64,000 bases of DNA from Candidatus Woesearchaeota archaeon (GTDB lineage: Archaea; Nanobdellota; Nanobdellia; UBA10117; JABICX01), in contig JABICX010000017.1 in assembly GCA_018652045.1 (NCBI GenBank), forward strand, positions 6,293 to 70,292, written 5' to 3'. The notes under the pieces are model-generated. The model was not told the origin of the DNA. It saw nothing but the letters and a program-made list of their open reading frames with translations, and searched no databases. Below, piece by piece: positions 59,401-64,000 of the stretch; the first letter of the stretch is position 1; each line of letters opens with the position of its first letter. The position numbers and the translations under genes are program-made.

Positions 59401-60323
59401 AATTCCTGATAATTGGCGATCTACATGGAAGGATGCCTAGGATACATTACAAAGATTTTGACGCAATTATTGCTCCGGGAGATTTTTGCTCAGACAAAGA
59501 ACTTGGTCCAATCTATAAAAAATGGTTTAAACACTTAAAAAAATACTCTGGCAAAAAACTCAAGAAAGTACCTGAGTTTGACGAGTTCATTGGAAAATAT
59601 GCTAGCAAAAAAGAGGTCAAAAACATGGAAAAACGGTCTCTTGCGCAAGGCCGAAAGATCTTAAAGTTTCTTAACTCATTTGGAAAACCTGTATTCATCA
59701 CTCCAGGAAACTGGGATCAAAGTTACGGACCTACGCGAATTAAGGACATAAACAAAAACTCATACACCTACAGAAAGGCATTTGCTGATTGGTGGTTAGG
59801 CAAATACACAAACAAGAAACTAACAAAAGGTCTAAAGAACATTCATGATTGTCAATACAAACTTCACAAGTTTCAGGAGTTTAACATCATTGGTTATGGT
59901 CTAAGCAGCGGTCCAGAAGCACCAAAATCAAAGTACAAAATAGGTGATTCTAAAAAACAAGACATTAAGAAACTAAACCTTGCTTACAAAAAGCTAGTTA
60001 AACAGTTAGACTCTGCGTACAAAACACGAGATCGTTCAAAACCAACAATCTTCTTATCACATAATGTTCCATATAAAACAAAGGTTGATGTTGTTGTAAA
60101 CAAAGCCTCATATGCACACAACCTTCATGTAGGATCTTCTGTTGCTAGACAGTTCTGCGAAAGACACAAGCCAATAGTATGCATCGGTGGCCATGTTCAT
60201 GAACACCACAAGAAGACTACGATGAAAGGAACTCCAGTGATAAACGCAGGATATGGTGCAAAAGTAAACACTCTTCTAGAAACTAAAAATGGTAAAATCA
60301 AAGACATTAAGTTCTTTGGTTAA
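59397..60323 (+). CDS. Calcineurin-like metallophosphoesterase
   Basis: GDLHG, PGD, PGNWD, SHNVP, GHVHE; ATGA overlap with xerA. Confidence 0.9.
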   Translation: MKFLIIGDLHGRMPRIHYKDFDAIIAPGDFCSDKELGPIYKKWFKHLKKYSGKKLKKVPEFDEFIGKYASKKEVKNMEKRSLAQGRKILKFLNSFGKPVFITPGNWDQSYGPTRIKDINKNSYTYRKAFADWWLGKYTNKKLTKGLKNIHDCQYKLHKFQEFNIIGYGLSSGPEAPKSKYKIGDSKKQDIKKLNLAYKKLVKQLDSAYKTRDRSKPTIFLSHNVPYKTKVDVVVNKASYAHNLHVGSSVARQFCERHKPIVCIGGHVHEHHKKTTMKGTPVINAGYGAKVNTLLETKNGKIKDIKFFG

Positions 60324-60335
60324 TAATCAAATCTT

Positions 60336-60935
60336 TTAAGCAAGTTCAGAATCTTTTATCCTATAGAAAACAGTCTTGTCAACCATGCGCTTGCTCAAGA
60401 ATCCCCAGTCATGTAACTTGTTTAACTTAAGTGATGCATTTGATCGTGAGATGTGAAACTGTTCTGCAAGAGACTGCGCGTCAAGTTCCTTATGTTCCTG
60501 AATCCGTTTAATCATCTCCTTCTCGTGATCGTTCATATGTGGATCAGCAATTACTCGGTTCACAATCTGCGTCGGAGTTTCTTTGCCAGACTTTGCTCCT
60601 TTCTTCTTTGACGAGTTAGGCTTGCTAGCAGAGTCCAGGTATTCCAGTGGAACTTCTTGCGCGTTACGAATCACCTTAATTCGTCGTTGTTCAAGTTTGA
60701 CTATTCGATCGTCAAAGCCGCTGAGCTTCCTGTCAAACCGTTTGATCGTCTCGTTAGTGGTGGCAAGTATCTGCTCGTTGATGACCTTTGCCTGAGTTAA
60801 TGGATGCGCCTGAAGATCCTTATACACTGCCTCCCAGTCTGTCAGAATCCTTTGTGCCTTAATGTTCTGCTTACTCTCAGAACTAGCAAAGATAGTCCTC
60901 AACCTAGTGATTATGCCTCTTTTTCGTTTAGCCAT
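60336..60935 (-). CDS. Coiled-coil plus C-terminal winged-helix DNA-binding protein
   Basis: DAQSLAEQFHISRSNASLKLNKLHDWGFLSK. Confidence 0.75.
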   Translation of the reverse strand: MAKRKRGIITRLRTIFASSESKQNIKAQRILTDWEAVYKDLQAHPLTQAKVINEQILATTNETIKRFDRKLSGFDDRIVKLEQRRIKVIRNAQEVPLEYLDSASKPNSSKKKGAKSGKETPTQIVNRVIADPHMNDHEKEMIKRIQEHKELDAQSLAEQFHISRSNASLKLNKLHDWGFLSKRMVDKTVFYRIKDSELA

Positions 60936-60957
60936 TGCGTACAGCGTTTTTCTATGC

Positions 60958-61039
60958 GTTCAACACACGCTAACAAGTGTTTAACAGAAATTTAACTCGT
61001 TTGGCACTTATATATTTTATGTTCAACACCGGTTTGGCA
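60958..61039. repeat. Cluster of short direct and inverted repeats upstream of the wHTH gene
   Basis: GTTCAACAC at 60958 and 61021, inverted GTGTTTAAC at 60977, GTTTGGCA at 60999 and 61032. Confidence 0.55.
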
Positions 61040-61218
61040 GCTATTTAACCTGAAAATCTAGCTTAATAACCTACAAAAAATACTTACTAACCGTAGCTCT
61101 GGCTCAGAGGTCAAAAGTTAGTTCTACATACTCAATAATAGTCTCATAGTAAGAGTAACCTCAAAGAGAGAGTTGATACTGTAAGATAGAGTTCAAGGAA
61201 AGAGTACAAAAATACTAC

Positions 61219-61953
61219 CTACATTTTAAGTAAGTTATACCTCTTGAAGGACTTACGCTTGTAACGTACAAAGTAGAGATATAGAAGTATAGCAATAGTA
61301 AGTGGAACAACCACCCATATAAGGTTAAAGTGAGTTTTTGAGAGAATCAAGGTAGGTTTCTTTGCGTCTACAGTAGGTTCAACAACGTCTATGTCTAAGT
61401 GAGCGTACTCAATAGTCTGGCCAGATACACCCATAATACTAAAGCTGTAGCTACCAACTGCAAGAGTATCTGCAATAGTAAGGGTAAATCCCTCCCTTAC
61501 CCCCGGTTCGAGCCTAAAATCCGTCTCATCTAAGGTGATATAGTCTACACCCTTAACCACACTCAAAGCGACTCTAACATTAACCAGATCTATGTTCTCT
61601 ACATAGTAATATAGTTCTTTTTCTACACCTAAAGTGAGCGTCAACTTATCCGTACTTGGATCGATCTTAAACAAAGGACTAGAGAAACCAGATCTACTAC
61701 CATAGCTACATGAGTTATCAACACAGGTATAACCTACATCACAGCCACAGTCAATACAGCACCTGTCTGACTCTTGATATCCACAGATCTCATCACCACA
61801 TGTAGAGGCACGTAATCTAAGGTTAACCTGCCCATTACCTGCAGTATCATACCCAACAATAGGTGTATCATAGTAACTTAAAGTGAGTATGATCAGGAGT
61901 GCTAGAACAACATATATTGGAAAGAATCTCTTCAAATGCTGAGTGTTGTGCAT
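61219..61953 (-). CDS. Surface protein: N-terminal TM, Cys-rich module, Ig-like domain, C-terminal TM
   Basis: GQVNLRL, CGDEICG..CCIDCGC..C..C, C-terminal TM with basic tail. Confidence 0.7.
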   Translation of the reverse strand: MHNTQHLKRFFPIYVVLALLIILTLSYYDTPIVGYDTAGNGQVNLRLRASTCGDEICGYQESDRCCIDCGCDVGYTCVDNSCSYGSRSGFSSPLFKIDPSTDKLTLTLGVEKELYYYVENIDLVNVRVALSVVKGVDYITLDETDFRLEPGVREGFTLTIADTLAVGSYSFSIMGVSGQTIEYAHLDIDVVEPTVDAKKPTLILSKTHFNLIWVVVPLTIAILLYLYFVRYKRKSFKRYNLLKM

Positions 61954-61997
61954 ACTTAAACCTACACACATTTAATTTATATGTTTCTAAAGTGAGA

Positions 61998-63095
61998 CTA
62001 CTTAGAATACTTACGCTTCATAAAGAACATAGCAACGAGTAATACTACTCCGCAGACAGCTACAACAGATCCTATAACCATGTACATATTAACCGGTCTT
62101 GACACAACTAATGTAAAATCACTAACTTCCGTCTTATCTGCATAGAAAAGTGTGGCTTGACCTGAATGTTCACCAAGCTCCATACTTTCAGTCTCAATAT
62201 AGGTGCTAAAGACAGGATTAGTCCACGGACCAACCGTCTCAGTCTGACTAACTGCAGTTATTCCGTCAATATTTACCTGTACGTATACGTCAGGTATTGG
62301 CTCATTCCATTTACTGGAGGTAGTTATATCTACTCTAGCTCGCCAGCCTTGTGGAACTGTTTCAGCCACAACATCGAGTATATTCATAATCAGATCACCA
62401 ACTCTAAAAGTTGTGTCTGCAGTAGTTGACCCGCCCTCATATTCAACAGTAACACTTGTAGCATATTCCCCAACACGTGCTTCAGAAGTCTGCCACTCAA
62501 AAGTCTTAGAAACAGATGCTTTTGAACCAATATCCTCAAAAGTGATAGGTATTGTATCCGTTACACCATTACCTAAAATATTAATCACGCCAATAGATAC
62601 AGGAATATTGTCAGTACCATCATTAGTTATATCAATTATAATTGGTACTGGTTCTCCAATCTTAACATCTTGTGCAGATATAGTTGCACGTAAGTACTCT
62701 CCGGGATAGGGTACATCCATTACAATAAAAGATCTAACTGCGCTTGTAACTGCAATCGTACCTTCACCTGTTGGTTTTTCTGCAACCTTAAAGAATAACT
62801 TATTCTGACCTGGAGGCATAGACTCAGGTATATTCATCATAATCTTTATCTCAGCATAACCTTTCGCGTCAATGAAAACTTCATGCTTATCAATTGAAAG
62901 GTATTGTTCGGAATCAGGTTCTACATTCACGGTCGCGGTTATCATATCATCACGAGTGTTCCGTATAGTAAAACCCAATACTTCCTGAGTACCTGGCACA
63001 AAATCTCTTTGCTGACTTGAAGGTATAATACCAATAGCCATACACTCAGGTATAATCAAAAATAAACACAGTACAACCATGAACTTTAGTTTCAT
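61998..63095 (-). CDS. Multi Ig-like surface protein (DUF916/PapD-like N-terminus, CARDB-like) with C-terminal TM anchor
   Basis: Signal peptide, IGIIP..FVPG..FTIRN, ITNDG, C-terminal TM plus KRK. Confidence 0.65.
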   Translation of the reverse strand: MKLKFMVVLCLFLIIPECMAIGIIPSSQQRDFVPGTQEVLGFTIRNTRDDMITATVNVEPDSEQYLSIDKHEVFIDAKGYAEIKIMMNIPESMPPGQNKLFFKVAEKPTGEGTIAVTSAVRSFIVMDVPYPGEYLRATISAQDVKIGEPVPIIIDITNDGTDNIPVSIGVINILGNGVTDTIPITFEDIGSKASVSKTFEWQTSEARVGEYATSVTVEYEGGSTTADTTFRVGDLIMNILDVVAETVPQGWRARVDITTSSKWNEPIPDVYVQVNIDGITAVSQTETVGPWTNPVFSTYIETESMELGEHSGQATLFYADKTEVSDFTLVVSRPVNMYMVIGSVVAVCGVVLLVAMFFMKRKYSK

Positions 63096-63132
63096 AGTTA
63101 TCTAAATACTCTAAAATATTAAAGGTTAGTGT

Positions 63133-63765
63133 TTACGATGTTTCTGTAGCTGTAAACTGAAGGGTTGCGTTTCTATCTGTTGCAGGCATGTCTACAGGTA
63201 TAAAAATCTGTATACTAACATTAAACTCGTGAGATCCAACATAACCTAGACTAGTACATGCGTTTTGTGGACCACCCCATGCATCAAAGTGAGTACCATT
63301 TGTAGCTAGATCCCCTTCACAACCCAGTGTAGCAGATCTATTTGTTACTGTAAACCTAAACTCTCCTGGTGCAGGACTTGCACCATAAACAAACTTATCT
63401 GTAGCAGCGCCTGAGTCAGCAGTACGGTTAGACGTATGTGTAGCGTCTACAGTTATAGAAACATTAACGTTCCCAATATTCTTAACACGCAACCAACTTG
63501 GGTACGTTGTATTTGTAGCAGTACATTCTGATGGTGCAGTCAAGTTTGAAGAACTAACATTTAACCCACTTGCACCAGGGGTACATGTACCAAAGTCAAT
63601 GACGCTGCTTGGTATTGATATTGATGCCTGTGTTGTAACATTAACCTGTGCTCGACCATCAACTGTTGACGCCCAACTAGTTATGCCATCACCTGTAAAG
63701 AAAAGCCCGCCCGTTAAAAGAATTAAAACTGCAGCTAACAAAACAAGATTATTCTGCTGCTTCAT
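63133..63765 (-). CDS. Secreted beta-rich fibre-subunit-like protein (TasA/WxL/Csu-like)
   Basis: TM leader, AQVNVT, IDFGTCTPG, VKNIGNVNVSITV, terminal ATLQFTA; many NxT/S sequons; start could extend to 63837. Confidence 0.6.
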   Translation of the reverse strand: MKQQNNLVLLAAVLILLTGGLFFTGDGITSWASTVDGRAQVNVTTQASISIPSSVIDFGTCTPGASGLNVSSSNLTAPSECTATNTTYPSWLRVKNIGNVNVSITVDATHTSNRTADSGAATDKFVYGASPAPGEFRFTVTNRSATLGCEGDLATNGTHFDAWGGPQNACTSLGYVGSHEFNVSIQIFIPVDMPATDRNATLQFTATETS

Positions 63766-63811
63766 ACTAACTATAAAGCCCGTCTTCTTTGGTTTTGCTT
63801 TCCTACGTCGG

Positions 63812-64000
63812 CTAGTCTGTGTTTTCTTCGGCATCATTTACTCCAGGAGCATCATCTTGCGAACCGATTCTAAGATTAACCTGTCCACCACCAAATGTTT
63901 GTGATCCGCCCACATCTTCTATTTCGTCACTTGAATCTGAAAGAATATAATAACTAAATATAACTCCGGCTATAACTAGCACTGCCAACATACTGGCTAC
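63812..64000 (-). CDS. Partial small membrane-anchored protein (3' part)
   Basis: Hand translation ..VASMLAVLVIAGVIFSYYILSDSSDEIEDVGGSQTFGGGQVNLRIGSQDDAPGVNDAEENTD*. Confidence 0.6.
   Translation of the reverse strand, partial: VASMLAVLVIAGVIFSYYILSDSSDEIEDVGGSQTFGGGQVNLRIGSQDDAPGVNDAEENTD

Overview
Window of a small, gene-dense, AT-rich archaeal chromosome. It is most likely a DPANN lineage (Nanoarchaeota/Woesearchaeota-like; inferred from archaeal information genes, short AlaRS, UppP/GtrA and many Cys-rich surface proteins). Positions 1-36 kb are mostly housekeeping: kae1, HerA-like ATPase, rpl1/10/12, alaS, rpl11, spt5, secE, ftsZ, SlyD, Ca-type P-ATPase, RFC, ileS, TBP, MCM, RPA, aIF2beta, four tRNAs and SRP RNA. 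Positions 37-64 kb are accessory. The most notable structure is a ~5 kb block (38129-43109) bracketed at its gene ends by two 28-bp dif/Xer-like sites (11-6-11 layout, at 38096 and 43115). It holds a tightly coupled run of toxin/effector-like enzymes: a papain-like Cys-His protein, an HExxH metalloprotease-like protein, an R-S-E ADP-ribosyltransferase-like protein and a kinase-like protein. An array of same-orientation TTGCAATATTGAAAAGAA motifs lies beside it, and an intact xerA is at 58.6 kb. Also present: a copper-resistance operon with a palindromic operator, a stand-alone class II UvrA, a divergent proteasome-beta-like Ntn protein, a putative fimbrial/surface-fibre operon, and two unannotated structured RNA candidates. 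All protein calls come from visual motif recognition; no database searches were run. Several start codons were moved from the ORF track to a more plausible ATG.
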